A stretch of 64,000 bases of DNA from Felis catus (taxonomy: Eukaryota): assembly GCF_018350175.1 (NCBI RefSeq), contig NC_058368.1:208632001-208696000 (forward strand). The letters run 5' to 3'. A model generated the notes under the pieces. It was given only the letters and a program-made list of their open reading frames with translations. It did not search any database and had not been told where the DNA came from. Positions 12,861-25,220 of the stretch are shown piece after piece. The translations under genes and the position numbers were made by a program. Positions within the stretch are counted from its first letter, which is position 1. The number at the start of each line of letters is the position of its first letter.

Positions 12861-12862
<2 letters not shown>

Positions 12863-12905
<43 letters not shown>
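12863..12905. repeat. (AC)n microsatellite, ~21 units
   Basis: Perfect dinucleotide run. Confidence 0.97.
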
Positions 12906-12906
<1 letters not shown>

Positions 12907-14812
12907 CTCTATGTGATAAACCTAGTTGAAAAGAAGATTGAGTCCCACCCATCCTTTCATGGGGAAAATTAGTGCCTTTTAATCTCTAGGAATTTATTTG
13001 CTTTCCTTAGCTGTAAGCTTAGTTACAATCTTCCAACTCATTACTATTAATTCCTTTTCCTACTGAAGCCTGATCAGAACTAATTCTCTTTTGAGAAGTC
13101 TTAGCAATGAAATCCAAATGGAGTTTTGCCCTCTGGCCTACATCATTTGGGATTACTCCTATGAGACCATGTCTAGACTCTTAAGAAAAGCCAGGGAAGA
13201 TGGTGTCTTTGATTGCTTGATTGTGTTCTTTGAATTTAGGGATGTTAGATAACTCTGTTGCCCCTTTATATACCCTCAGGAGTCCCAGATCCAGTTTTAA
13301 AATTGTGGGGATACAAGAATAAAGTAGACACGAATCTTAGTTGGTCTATGATCGTGTCATCCAAGACCACACTTTCTTTATAAGAATGGCATTAGGAACT
13401 GAGGATTTCACAATCACAGGTAGATGCCTATTTGTGACTTTGCTGCATACCTTCTTTTTCTATGGTTATGGTGGGGTTTTTTGTTGTTGCTATTTTTTTG
13501 GGGGGGGGGGGGGTTGGTCTAGGGAACCAGCAAATAAAGGGATTTATTTTAAGACAATTAGCACTGATTGACTGAACCATAAACATACCCTACACTTTCA
13601 TCCTAACAATTCACTCTCAACTACTCCTTTATCAAAGAAAGAGAAACAGACGAGGAGGAAGATATAATAAGTACATATGTAGGGAAGGAGGAAGAGAGAG
13701 AAGGAGTAAAAGAAAGAGAGGCAGGGAAGGAAAAAAGGAAGGAAGGAAAGAAGAAAGGAAGGAAAAGTGTTGTCTGCCATAATACCTGAAAAAAAAAATG
13801 ATGAAGTAGAAAGACTTCAACTTTATGCCTAGTAAGGCCCCCAACTCTCAGTACATTCTACATAGAGAGAGAGATTCACAAAGTCTACACCACAACTAAG
13901 CCCCTCAAATATAGCAAGACTTACAGAATATGATAATGAACAAAAAGTGTCCCATAGAGCACCTCTAAAGTATCAACATTGCTTAGCATCTTAAATTAAT
14001 ACAACCTTACATTGCTAGGCTCTTTTTAATATTATGAGCCTTGCTGCTACACAAAATGGGCTTCTCTCAATTGAAATTGAATCTGCCTCAATCTGGTAAC
14101 TGCTGCATAGAGGACTCACTGCCTTGTAGGGAGAAAGGATGGTACAGGGAAGAGCAGAGTCAAGGCCACATGGAAGTGGCCCTAGTTCTGTTTGACAACT
14201 GACTGCATCCATCTTGGGCAGTACATTTAACCCCCTCAGAGCCCATTTCTTTCTCTGTAAAATTTACTAGACAGTTTCTCATGGCTCTCTCTGCACTAAG
14301 AAGTCTAGCCCAAGATCGATAACTAATTCATGTCCAATGTTTCCCTCATCAGTAAAATTAAAAAAAAAAAATACCTACTTAAATAGCATGGTATGTGGAA
14401 TAACACAGAAATTTAAATCCACTGTATACATCTTAGAGAACTTTCAGTACATTCTACTTAGAGGTATAGAGTGGCAAAGTCTATGAATCATAAAGTCTCC
14501 AAGAATAGATGGTCTATGGTTCAAGGATCCATGGTTCTCTAGCTCCAAGATCTTGCTCTGAGAAAACAAAACTCTTGAGACTCAAAGAGAGAAATTACCT
14601 GGATTAGACTCATACTGAGTATGCAGGGTAGTGACCGGCCTTGTAGATAGTCCAGGAGGGATCTGCCTTGCCACCTGTAATTCAGCCCTTGATATGAAAG
14701 GATTTGGGATGGGTGTGAATAGGGATGCAGGGGTTGGGTAAAATAAGAGAAACTGAAGAGTCTCAGGACATTTCTGCTGTTAATGTTGTTCCCACATTCT
14801 GACTTCTGGGAA

Positions 14813-14826
14813 CTGCCATCTACTGA
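14813..14826 (-). promoter_or_regulatory. Candidate CTCF-binding motif
   Basis: Minus strand TCAGTAGATGGCAG matches core CCASYAGRKGGCRS at 13/14 positions, in non-repeat sequence. Confidence 0.4.
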
Positions 14827-15573
14827 GCATCCTGTTATTTGGAGGAGCACAGGACAGTCAGGAGACAGAATGGGACATTTTCTTACCTTATGCCCCCATC
14901 TTACTCCCCCAACTGACTTGGAGGTAGAATAGCAGTAACAGCAAAGGCCACACACCTAGAAGTAAACTGAGTATAAAAAGAGGACACGCACAGAAATGCA
15001 GTGGGAGCCTGAGTGATGCAGACATCCCTTGCTGCAGATAAAGTACAGAAATGAGAAATCACTGGGTTCAGCCTTCTATGTGGTGGATGTTAATCGTGCT
15101 CCAAGCATTATAAAAAGGTTGCAGTAATTGTGTGCATTCTTTGGTAAGGTTGGCTCCTGCCCTCCAGGTCAAGTGAAAAGGGACCAGCAAGAATCCTGAG
15201 AGCACAAGAGGAAAGCAGCCCACATCCACAGAGACTGCGTTCCAAGCTGAAAACTGTTTTCATTGCGATGGTTCAAGACCACCAAAGAAACTGCTGAAAT
15301 GGATTGAAAGGCTGTTTCTGACTGAAACAAGACCGTACATTTACAAGAACATTTACAGTAGAGAAGGTAAATACTGTAGTCAGCCAAAAGATAAGAATAT
15401 CTAATCCATAGGCAAATTACAGTGTATAAAGATTGTCCTTACATTTTCTAAGATTTTTCAAATTTGCATGTTGAATCTTTTGGCAGACAGATTCAGAAGG
15501 CAACTGACACCCAAATGGGAAGAAATCCCCAGGGAGAAGGCCAAGTTTCTGAGAAGTTAAAACATCTCTTCCA

Positions 15574-16055
15574 GAAACTTAACAGGAACCCATGGGGGAG
15601 GGGAAGGAAAAAAAAAAAAAAAAAAGAGGTTAGAGTGGGAGAGAGCCAAAGCATAAGAGACTCTTAAAAACTGAGAACAGGGGCGCCTGGGTGGCGCAGT
15701 CGGTTAAGCGTCCGACTTCAGCCAGGTCACGATCTCGCGGTCCGGGAGTTCGAGCCCCGCGTCAGGCTCTGGGCTGATGGCTCGGAGCCTGGAGCCTGTT
15801 TCCAATTCTGTGTCTCCCTCTCTCTCTGCCCCTCCCCCGTTCATGCTCTGTCTCTCTCTGTCCCAAAAATAAATAAAAAAACAAAAAACAAAAAACAAAA
15901 ACAAAAACAAAAACTGAGAACAAACTGAAGGTTGATGGGGGGTGGGAAGGAGGGGAGGGTGGGTGATGGGTATTGAGGAGGGCACCTGTTGGGATGAGCA
16001 CTGGGTGTTGTATGGAAACCAATTTGACAATAAATTTCATATATTAAAAAACACA
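15574..16055 (+). mobile_element. 5'-truncated young carnivore/feline L1 3' UTR with 15-bp TSD, interrupted by a SINE
   Basis: gagagccaaagcataagagactcttaaaaactgagaacaaactga...gggatgagcactgggtgttgtatggaaaccaatttgacaataaa; TSD aaaacatctcttcca at 15559-15573 and 16056-16070. Confidence 0.92.
15680..15908 (+). mobile_element. Young feline SINEC nested in L1, 14-bp TSD
   Basis: Intact A box tggcgcagtcgg (15692-15703) and B box gagttcgagcc (15746-15756); TSD aaaaactgagaaca at 15666-15679 and 15909-15922. Confidence 0.97.
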
Positions 16056-18450
16056 AAAACATCTCTTCCATTTCTTTTCTAGTTAATACCTCGGGCTTCT
16101 CCCCAAAGAAAAAAAGCTGCAGATACTTGATTGGCCTTCATGTTGCATGTACACAAGAGCTAACAAACTAGCCAAGCCCGCAAAAAGTCTCGTCAGGACA
16201 TTTTCGGGATTTAGACCAAACGGCTTAGAAGGACCTGGTGAAAGCTTCGTGAATGGAGGTGATCCCCCCTATCAGGGAAGCCAGGCTCATGCAGTCAGAA
16301 AAGTCAACACTGCTTATTGGCAAATGCCTAGATAGTCAACGTGTTGGAAAGCCTGAGTAGTCTGATGGTGTCATCCCTATTTTCCAGGCTGAGAGATGAG
16401 GATAAAAGTTGAATAAGTCATCCATCCGTCAGCTGCAGCATCATGGAGTGCCAGGATCAGGGTGCAGCCTCCCTCCCAGACCACACCTCCCCCCCAGCCT
16501 GCTCCCTGCCAGGGCTCCCCAAGTTTCAGCTTCCCTTGGTGCTTCTCACGTCCTCTGATTTCCCCAGTCCTCCCCATGAGGAGACTCACCAGCAACAGAG
16601 AACAGCCGGGACCAAAACACTTGCAAACCCCTCAGAGCTTCAGAAATCTTCAAGGAACGAGTATAACCACCCTCCCCCAAACCCTGAAGAATTGGACAAG
16701 CAGGCAGGGAGGCTGTTTGGTGGAGAAGGGAGGAGTAACTTAGCCACTCTCTCTTCTTCTCGCCTCCCAAGAAGAAACAGTAATAGCACAATTCTTCCCC
16801 TCCTTGTCACCCCATTCATCAAGCAGGTGTGGCCAGGAACTAGAAAATTCTCAGGTGTCGAACTCATCCTTCCTCATCCTGGGTGTCCACCAACTGGCAG
16901 TAAGAGATTTACTGGGGGAAGAAAAACTGGGATTTTCTTTTCTTTTTTCTGTTCTTTTCTTTTTTTTTAAGATTTGAGACACATGTATATGCATTTTACA
17001 CTTTAATAGGAATTCTTAGAAAAGAAATGGTGAGGATTGGGGGCCGGGATGTGCCCTTTCTGCGGGAGCCTAGACGATGGTCAACTTGGCAAATTAGAGG
17101 CACTCATATTGGGCTCAGGAACACACAATCTCCTCAGCTTCCTTCTTTAGCTGCATGTGGTAGAGTTTTCACTTTTTACAATAATTCTTCATGGAAGAAG
17201 GATGAGAGTTGTACTTAATGAAGTTTTGGAAAAAGAATCTGATCCTTGCTCTGGCGTTCAGATGCTGCATCTCTGTAAACAGAGTGCAAGGGTCTTTATA
17301 AGATTTATAGGAAATGGCAATTGGCAGAGAAAACGTTAGCTCCTACTCTGGCCCCATAAAGCTGTACGGCTGGCTTTGTAGAGCTCTCAAAGAACGTTAT
17401 TGAAAACAAAGGGGAAATCAATACCATTCAGTTCACTGCCAGCTGTGGGTCTCCAAAGCGAATCAACGGCTTCACCTACCTCTCTGAACAGTTAGCGTCG
17501 GCTTCAAACAGACTGCAATATATTCACAGCCCCCCCCCCCGCCCCCAGTCCTTAGAAGATTGTCCCTGCAATGAGAGGTCTGCAAAATCTTTCATCTGCA
17601 AGGTGCTGGCGATGCAAGGAGTTTTCAGTTCAGGGCAAGTGATAGGAAAGAAATAGCCACTTTCTGCTCGTCATGCAGTGAATTTGATACCAACGCTTGT
17701 TAGATGTGAACCAGCCCTCCCAGTTGAGTCTGTCCAAGTCTACCAGTAGTGTCTCAGGTTACCAAGAACCAAGTAATTAATAGGGGCGGCCGGACTAATT
17801 ATGAGTTTGGAAAGGAAAGAAATGAGAAGCAGCAATCATAGTGAATGGGGTTTTATATAACATAATACAAAGTCTTTACTTCAGACTTTGTTACAGGGAT
17901 GCTAACGACTATCGAATACCCTCCTCCCACCTGGAAATAAAAAATTCCAAATTATGGTCTCTCAGGCCTTCCTCTTAGAACCTCCTCCTTTTCTGCCCCA
18001 AATGAGACAGCATACAGGTTAATACGCCAATTAAACCTCCACGAAGCAAGGCCTTCTTCAACATTCTCTTCTGTTGTGCATGAGGAGCTCTGCACAGGAT
18101 TTCACTGAATTAAAAACAAGCTGTGCTTCTAATGTCACAAACAGCCCCTCCCCAGCAACTCCCTTAATTTAAAGTTGACGGCCTATCTCTTCACCTTGTC
18201 AGTCTTCAAATGCTTATTCTCTAACCATGATAGGGAAATGCCAAGTTCTCCACACAGAGAGGAAAAGTTCCCCAGTTATGCATCCAAATGTACTTGTCAC
18301 ACAAAGGAGCCCCAGTACTGACTTGCCCGAGTCAGCTTTGAGCGACAAACTTTAGCCCTTACCACCCTGAAGACAAAAGCAGGCACACATAAACGTGGTG
18401 GCAGCTCCTGGCATGGGCCAGGTCAGGCCAAGCATTCATGCCGGGAGTGT

Positions 18451-18470
18451 GGAATTTCCCTGTCACATGA
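18451..18470. promoter_or_regulatory. Candidate NF-kB site next to an E-box
   Basis: ggaatttccc (reverse complement GGGAAATTCC) at 18451-18460, followed by tcacatga at 18463-18470. Confidence 0.3.
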
Positions 18471-18735
18471 AACCATAGCGGGGTCAAGAGGCAGATACAC
18501 TAATCAAGGGGCAGAGCGGGACCTTTCAAGGTCTTCTCTGGCTTCGATGCTGGGAGAGGTAAAGCTGTCCTTGTGGCAGGTTTAAATGTCTAAGCAAAGG
18601 AACTTTACTCCATTAGTGAATCCCTCAGCAGACTGACAAGGCAGCTTATAATAAATAAAAATGTGCTGAACACCTACTCTGTGCAAAGCATTAAAAGGTA
18701 AGAACTTCTTAAGACTATAACGTAGTGGAGCAGCA

Positions 18736-18847
18736 GGGCGCCTGGCTGGCTCAGTCCGAAGGGCATGCGATTCTTCATCTCAGGGTTGTGAGTTCGAGCT
18801 CCATGTAGGGTGTAGAGATTACTTAAAAATAAAATCTTTAAAAAAAG
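18736..18847 (+). mobile_element. Short tRNA-like carnivore SINE lacking the (CT)n tract
   Basis: gggcgcctggctggctcagtc...ttcttcatctcagggttgtgagttcgagc...gtgtagagattacttaaaaataaaatc. Confidence 0.88.
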
Positions 18848-19135
18848 AAGTGCAGCAGAATCCAGCTCCACTGGGGGTGTAAGCCTAGCCAATTATGGTT
18901 AACCATACAACATTCAGATGCCTCATGAGTGACAGCTGTCTTTCCAATAGCCCTTACCCTTCCGTCCTTGCTGACAAAAACTTGACTTTGTTCAATTATC
19001 AGGTGACTGTGTTTTCCTGAAGGGTGATCTTCTCCACAGTCTGAAGGGGTGAACCTTGATTGGTCAAAACTAATGATTCTAAACTCTTCCTGCATGCTGG
19101 AAACGCCCGGGAGTGGCTTAAAAGTTTCAATGATA

Positions 19136-19322
19136 GGGCACCCGGATGGCTCAGTCCATTAAGCATCTGGCTCTTGGTTTCTACTCAGATCATGATCTCG
19201 TGGTTCATGGGTTAGAGCCCCGCATCAGGCTCCACACTGACAGTGTGGTGCCTGCTTGGGATTCTCCCTCCCTCTTTCTGTGCCCTCTCCCCAATAAATA
19301 AATAAAATTGTTTAAGAAAATA
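19136..19322 (+). mobile_element. SINEC, older
   Basis: gggcacccggatggctcagtc head, A-rich tail, diverged TSD aaaagtttcaatgat / aaaatttctagtgat. Confidence 0.92.
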
Positions 19323-19634
19323 AAATTTCTAGTGATTGGGCCCCACTCTAAGACTGATTTAATTGGTTGGACATGGATCCCAGCATCCAATAGTTTTTAA
19401 AATCCCCAGGTGATTCTAATGTCACCAGTGGTTGAGAATCACTGGTCTAAGTCAACACAGTTATTTCATTCTGTCTTTAATGACTGGCTTAAGATTGGTC
19501 ATGTGGTTTCATTCAGGTCAAAGATATGAGAAGCATCTTCTGGAAGGCTTCTAGGAAAGTTTTCCTCAGGTTTAAAAACACAAAAGGAAGGTAGGTGCTT
19601 TCTTCTCCTCTTCCAAACTTTGGACGTTGTTTGT

Positions 19635-19845
19635 TTTGTTTTTTTAAATAAGTTTATTTATTTTTGAGAGAGAGAGAGAGCAGAGGAGGGGTAGAGAGAG
19701 AAAGAGGGAGACAGAGAATCCCAAGCAGACTCCCCACTGTCAGCACAGAGCCTGATGCGGGGCTCAAACTCACAAACCGTGAGATCACGACCTGAGTCAA
19801 AACCAAGAGTCAGATGCTTAAAGGACTGAGCCACCCAGACATCCC
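19635..19845 (-). mobile_element. SINEC
   Basis: Reverse head ...ccacccagacatccc; diverged TSD tggacgttgttt / tggacagtgttt. Confidence 0.93.
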
Positions 19846-20080
19846 TGGACAGTGTTTTGAGAGGAGATGAGGCCTGAATACGGGCAAACAATGTGCAAAG
19901 TAAAGGAAAAAGTCAACAAGGCCCTCAGAAGACAAAGACAGATACTTAGTCCATGATGATACTGTTGGACTGATGAAGTAACCAAAGCAGCAGCCCTCTT
20001 TCCTGTAGACCAGTGACCCTCCTGTAGATCTTGCTGCACACCGTGAACACTATTCTTAAAAACACTGATGCCAAGAAAAA

Positions 20081-20256
20081 GGAGGCACCTGGGTGGCTCA
20101 GTCAGTTGAGCACCCAACTCTTGATATCAGTTCAGGTCATGATCTTGTGGTCATGAGATTGATCTGTGTCGGGCTCCACTCTCCCTCTCTCTCTACCCCT
20201 CCCTGACTCGTGCACTCTCTTTCTCTCAAAATAAATAAATAAGATAAAAAAAAAAA
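20081..20256 (+). mobile_element. SINEC, internally deleted
   Basis: ggcacctgggtggctcagtc head, (CT) tract, A tail; TSD aaaaacactgatgcc / aaaaatactgacgcc. Confidence 0.92.
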
Positions 20257-20757
20257 ATACTGACGCCTAGGTCTTGCCCCCAGAGGAATCCAATTTAACT
20301 GGTTAGTGGTGAGATATGATAATCAGGATTTTAAAAAATATGCCCAGTTGGTTATATTGTACAGCCAAATTTGAGAACCAGTGTTCTAGATTTCTTGTTG
20401 AGTGTGACAACAAATTTCCTATTGTTTAAACCAGTGGTTCTCAAAGTGTGCTCCCCTAGCCAGCACTACCAGTATCACTTGGAAACTTGTTGGAAATGCA
20501 CTTTTTCGAGTATCACCCCTGACCTACTGAATCAGAAAAGAGTCTAAGATAACATACATCTGACATACACTCTTCCATTTCAGATATATTTGCCTTTCTA
20601 GTTACATTTGGCCCAATGTTAGAAGAGTTGTCAAACATACAGAAACGTAGTTTCTGTCTGGTGAACAAGTAACATTTTGCTGTATTTGCTTTACCACAGA
20701 TCTCTACAAATACTCAGCTCAATCTGTCCATCAATCCATTTCTTAGATGTGTTTTAA

Positions 20758-20976
20758 ATTTTTTTTGTTTAACATTTATTCATTTTTGAAAGGCAGAGAG
20801 AGACAGAGCACAAATGGGGGAGGGGCAGAGAGAGAGGGAGACACAGAAACAGAAGCAGGCTCCAGTCTCACAGCTATCAGCACAGAGCCCAACGCGGGGC
20901 TCGAACTCACGGACCCGCAAGATCATGACCTGAGCTGAAGTCGGCCACTCAACCGACTGAGCCACCCAGGTGCCCC
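20758..20976 (-). mobile_element. SINEC with 14-bp TSD
   Basis: tagatgtgttttaa (20744-20757) / tagatgtgctttaa (20977-20990). Confidence 0.95.
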
Positions 20977-22335
20977 TAGATGTGCTTTAATGTAGGCTGT
21001 AGACATCAAAAAATTTCACTCCTAGACACGTCAGTGTGCATATGTCAAGCCAGAGTTCAATACTAGTTTACTATTCCTTTTTTTTTTTAGCTTAAATTTA
21101 CATTGAATAAAATGTACAATTCTTAATTGTACCATTCCATGAGTTTCTAATTACCTTCTGCTGATGTATATATTTTAGTAAAACTAGTATTCATTAATTT
21201 GCATGGCCTAAGCATATTTTTTATAGAGTCACTGTCAATAGTATAACAAGAAGTAGATAATACAATGAGAGGTATTAATCACATCTTCTAGTTTTCACAT
21301 TCATAAAATGTGGTGCTTCATCTGACTTTTATGAGATAATAAATACTGTGGTATGTTAGAAGTTATTAGTGATTAAAACTTCAATCAAAAATGTCTTCCC
21401 ATTCCTTTAATCTTTTGGGTAGATTTAATGATGGGTTCCCTGAAATTACAAGATGTCCTGTCTTCTGTGAATATCCTCTGTGTGCATCAGGATTTCTCTA
21501 TATTGTATAACCTAAATAAAACCCAGCACTAGCTGCTACTATAACTTCTGATTTCCAAGTTTGTGTTCGTAAAGAAACCTCGTTGCACATGCCAATTAAT
21601 TATAAGTAACCATGACAAATGTGAACTTTTAAAATAAAACCTTTAATATACTCTGGCCTACTGATGCTTTGAATAAAATTAGACTTCATGCAGGAAAAAA
21701 AGAAAAGTTCCACTGTTAAGTTTGAAATCCACTAACTCTAATCCACTCTTATCCTATTGATGAGAAAACTGAGGCATAAGGACCAGAACTCTTGCCTCTT
21801 TTGGTCCTAGTCCCTCTTCATCACTTAGTATAAAAATAAAATTAATCCATACATATTTATTGTGCATGATTACGTGCTCAGCTGTGTGCTAGATCCCGTG
21901 GGTTTAGACAAGTAGAGGAGGACATGGTGATTTCCTCACACCAGACAACTAGCAGAAGAGAAGAGGAAAAAATAACATGGATAACACAACACAGGAAAAA
22001 CTATACAGACTAAAGAAGAGCTCCTTGAATCCAGGGAAGGGAACTGGGATATCTGGGTAAGGAAAGGGGTAGAGGGGAAAAGGCTCCTGACAAGACAGCC
22101 TAGGGTATGTTTCATAGAACACAAAGGCTAGTTCAAATGTCTGTACAATGTTCATCCTCCCATGTCTCTGGGAGTTGTGAAAGCTCACTATTCATTTCAC
22201 TCACTGTAGGAAAATTCTAAGTCCTCCACTTTTCCACTTGCCTGTCTCCAGACCTTTGGATTCACCTTCAAATTTGACTAATGCCAACTCCTAAATGAAA
22301 TATACAAGAGGCCCATTATGCTAACCTGGAATGTA

Positions 22336-22337
22336 TT

Positions 22338-22381
<44 letters not shown>

Positions 22382-22411
22382 TCCTTCCTTCCTTCTTTCT
22401 TTCTTTCTTTT
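22336..22411. repeat. (TTTC)n/(TTCC)n tetranucleotide microsatellite
   Basis: Compound pyrimidine tetranucleotide run. Confidence 0.95.
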
Positions 22412-24900
22412 CATTGGGAATGGGAGGCAAGAGGGTAGGGACAAGATAACTGGTAAACAGAGTTTTCTAGAACAAGATTAAAAATCTTACAGCAGAAAGG
22501 TAAGAAATGAAACTATCAAGATGGTGTCAAATCCGGGAAGAGGAGGACTGCAACTGGATACAATTAGCTTTGCAAAAAAAGTCCCCCAGTAAGACTTCTG
22601 CCCTCTAAAGTGACAAGCATTACCAGTGTCACAAAGATTACTTAATTTTCTAAGACCTTGCTCTTTGGCATTGTTCAGATTTGGTCCCTTAATACTGGAA
22701 GCTCCAGGCCTCCTGGTTCACTACTCTGAAAATCTAAAACATATGACAGGGAAATTCTAGTGAACTCAACAAGAAATTCTGCTTATTCAAAATTACCAGT
22801 CAATGCAAATGCCCAATATGTGTGGAGTGCCACATGTTCAAAGCTGTAAAATTTAGATGTTGTTTACCCAAGCAGCTTTCTTGGATGGCAGGCCAGGCAC
22901 AAAAAATGTCAACGCTCACTCCTTCTGTAACTATACACTGCTCTCCCTCTCAACCTGGAACTGGCTATTGATATTCAATAGTGCCACAGGGCCCCAGGAA
23001 AGTTCTTAAATAACCCTGCTTGGGGTAAGCACTCAGACCTACACTCTTTGGACCACTGCTTGTAGCTGTGTAGCCTCAAGAATGCTAATCAGGTCACTCA
23101 CAAAAGGCAGGTGCTCTCATATGATCTGGCTATTCCAGATGCTTTGCTTTTTTGATGGGAAAGTCAGGCCCTGACCAGGTTATCATTAGTGCCTGCCCCT
23201 AAATAGAGGAATAATGCTTATACCCCAGTTCTATGTGTAGGTTCCAAATCAAGCAATATTACCTCATTTTTTTAATTGCAACATCTTATGAACATCTCTA
23301 AAAAAATATTCATATAAGTTCAATATCCTGCAGAGGCCAAATTCTAAGTAAGCATTATCTATCATGGGATAATATATTGATTTGTGAAGAGTCAAGGGAG
23401 TTATTTTTGTTGAGAATGGGTAGATTCAAGAAGAATTTACTACCTCTTCTTCCATGATCAAGGAAGAGTTAATAAGGAATTTAGGTACACACAAAAGAAA
23501 TGTCTTTCAGTTTGATGCAAGATGACTCTTGAATTCTATATAAAACAAGTAAACATCAGTGTCAGATGTTACTCTTTGGTGACTCTGGTCATATAGAGAC
23601 ATCGCAAAGGTCTCTCAGTAAGCACAGTCCTCTAGGGCTATAGGAAGTTGACAAGGAAAACCATGCCAAGTCATAGCTTAACCAATTTTCTTCAGCACTG
23701 GGTTTATTCTTTTCCAGTTCAGAGCAGCCTCCTCATAACATCACCCACCTTTTTGGCCAATGGATACTGTTAAACATGCCACTGAAAAGGAAGTGAGAAA
23801 CTGAAGACATTGGAATTCAATATAGATCCTTATGAGTTCTAGGGATGAGCTTGGGTCCCTAGCATCTGCCTGAACCTGACAAATTGAATTAACCAGCTTC
23901 CTGGAAACAGCAGGTGACCAACTCCATTAAGCTTGCCGACATCTTATTGTCATCTGTGACTGATGAGCTATTTATGGAATTCCTCTTCTCTCTGAGATTC
24001 CACTCACTTAAACCCCTATTACGCATCATGTATGCAGCCCACATGAAGATAACATGGCTTGATTCTCCTTGATGGAGCAGGATAATGCCCACTGGAATTG
24101 ATTACATTGGTGGTCTGACTTTAAGTGAGAGTTGAGCTTAGGATATTGATTTCAGTTTGCAAAGTGTTTCTTTAATCACTTGATGAGCCATTCTTTGAGA
24201 TATTTAAGCTGGCTTTCTGTTCCTAGCCCGAACATTAGAACCAAATCCCACATCCATTTCTAAGATGATTAGGGCTCAAGGCAGTTACAGTCAGTGGTCC
24301 AAGGGCTACAGACTCAATCTTCAAAAACACATCAAGAAGCTCTGTAGTTATTGTCAGGGGAAAGTCAAAGAAACAGTGAGAAAAGGCAAAATACCGCCAG
24401 AAGATAGCCCTCCACAACAGATGACACATTTTTCCAAAAACACTCAGGAGGCGCCCTGCCAACAGGGTGTTCAATAGCAAATAGCCACTCTATTAACAAA
24501 GAATGAGGGCAGCTTCAGGAAGAGGGAGATGCACAGACAAGGAGGCACCTGTAAGCCTGAGTTTACTGAGGTCCCCCACTGTCCACATCCAGAAAATGAA
24601 TATGAGACTGATCCACACAGATAAGCAGGAGAGCAACTCCCAAAAATCACATGACTCTTGAAATCACAAACCTCCTTGTAAGTCACACCCAACTGAGAAA
24701 CAGCATGCTGGCCCAGCTCCTAGTGGCATTCGTAAGTCCCTTCCACTGATAAAACCTGAACCTCTGAGTCCCTAAACATGCTTCATTTGGGCCTTCAGTA
24801 CCAGGAGCTTTTGCTCATCAAACATCTCCAGAATTCAGAGAAAGTTCCTGAATCTTCAAAGTTGGTGGTCTTGGTGATGATGATGGTGCTGATGGTGCTG

Positions 24901-24902
<2 letters not shown>

Positions 24903-24963
<61 letters not shown>

Positions 24964-24964
24964 T
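24903..24964. repeat. (GT)n microsatellite
   Basis: Long near-perfect dinucleotide run. Confidence 0.97.
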
Positions 24965-24984
24965 TTTAATCTATCAGGGGCCTT

Positions 24985-25220
24985 AAGACAGTGTGACAGT
25001 AGGAAGAGGTGGAGCTCTAGTGAGAAAAACCTGAGTTTGATTCCTGACTTCACCAATTACTAGCTGTGTGACCTCAGACAAATTACTTCCTCTTCTGAAA
25101 TATTAAGTTCCTCATCTGTAAAAGGAGAGTCCTAATAATGCTTGCCTCATGGCAAGTCTGCAAATGATGTCTGCAAAGCTACAGTACGGGGCTGGCACCT
25201 AGTGAGTACACAATGTATCA
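24985..25220 (+). mobile_element. MIR
   Basis: cctgagtttgattcctgacttcaccaattactagctgtgtgacctcagacaaattactt...ttcctcatctgtaaaa. Confidence 0.85.

Larger units (their letters stand above)
18910..20430 (+). mobile_element. Old MaLR/ERVL-type LTR broken by MER5 and SINE insertions
   Basis: gattggtcatgtgg...ctggaaggcttctaggaaagttttcctc...gatttcttgttgagtgtgacaacaaatttcctattgtttaaacc; MER5-like pieces at ~19090-19445, ~20010-20385 and ~20432-20540. Confidence 0.55.

Noticed and set aside
15168..15366. Plus-strand exon-like unit (ccctccAG ... AAG|GTAAAT)
   Set aside because: Stops in all three frames, moderate splice signals, no other support
16443..16970. 175-aa Pro/Ser-rich ORF
   Set aside because: Locally C-rich sequence gives overlapping ORFs on both strands; no recognisable domain; ends in a T-run
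18736..18812. tRNA-Lys-like sequence
   Set aside because: Diverged stems and a SINE-type 3' extension with an A tail indicate a SINE, not a functional tRNA gene
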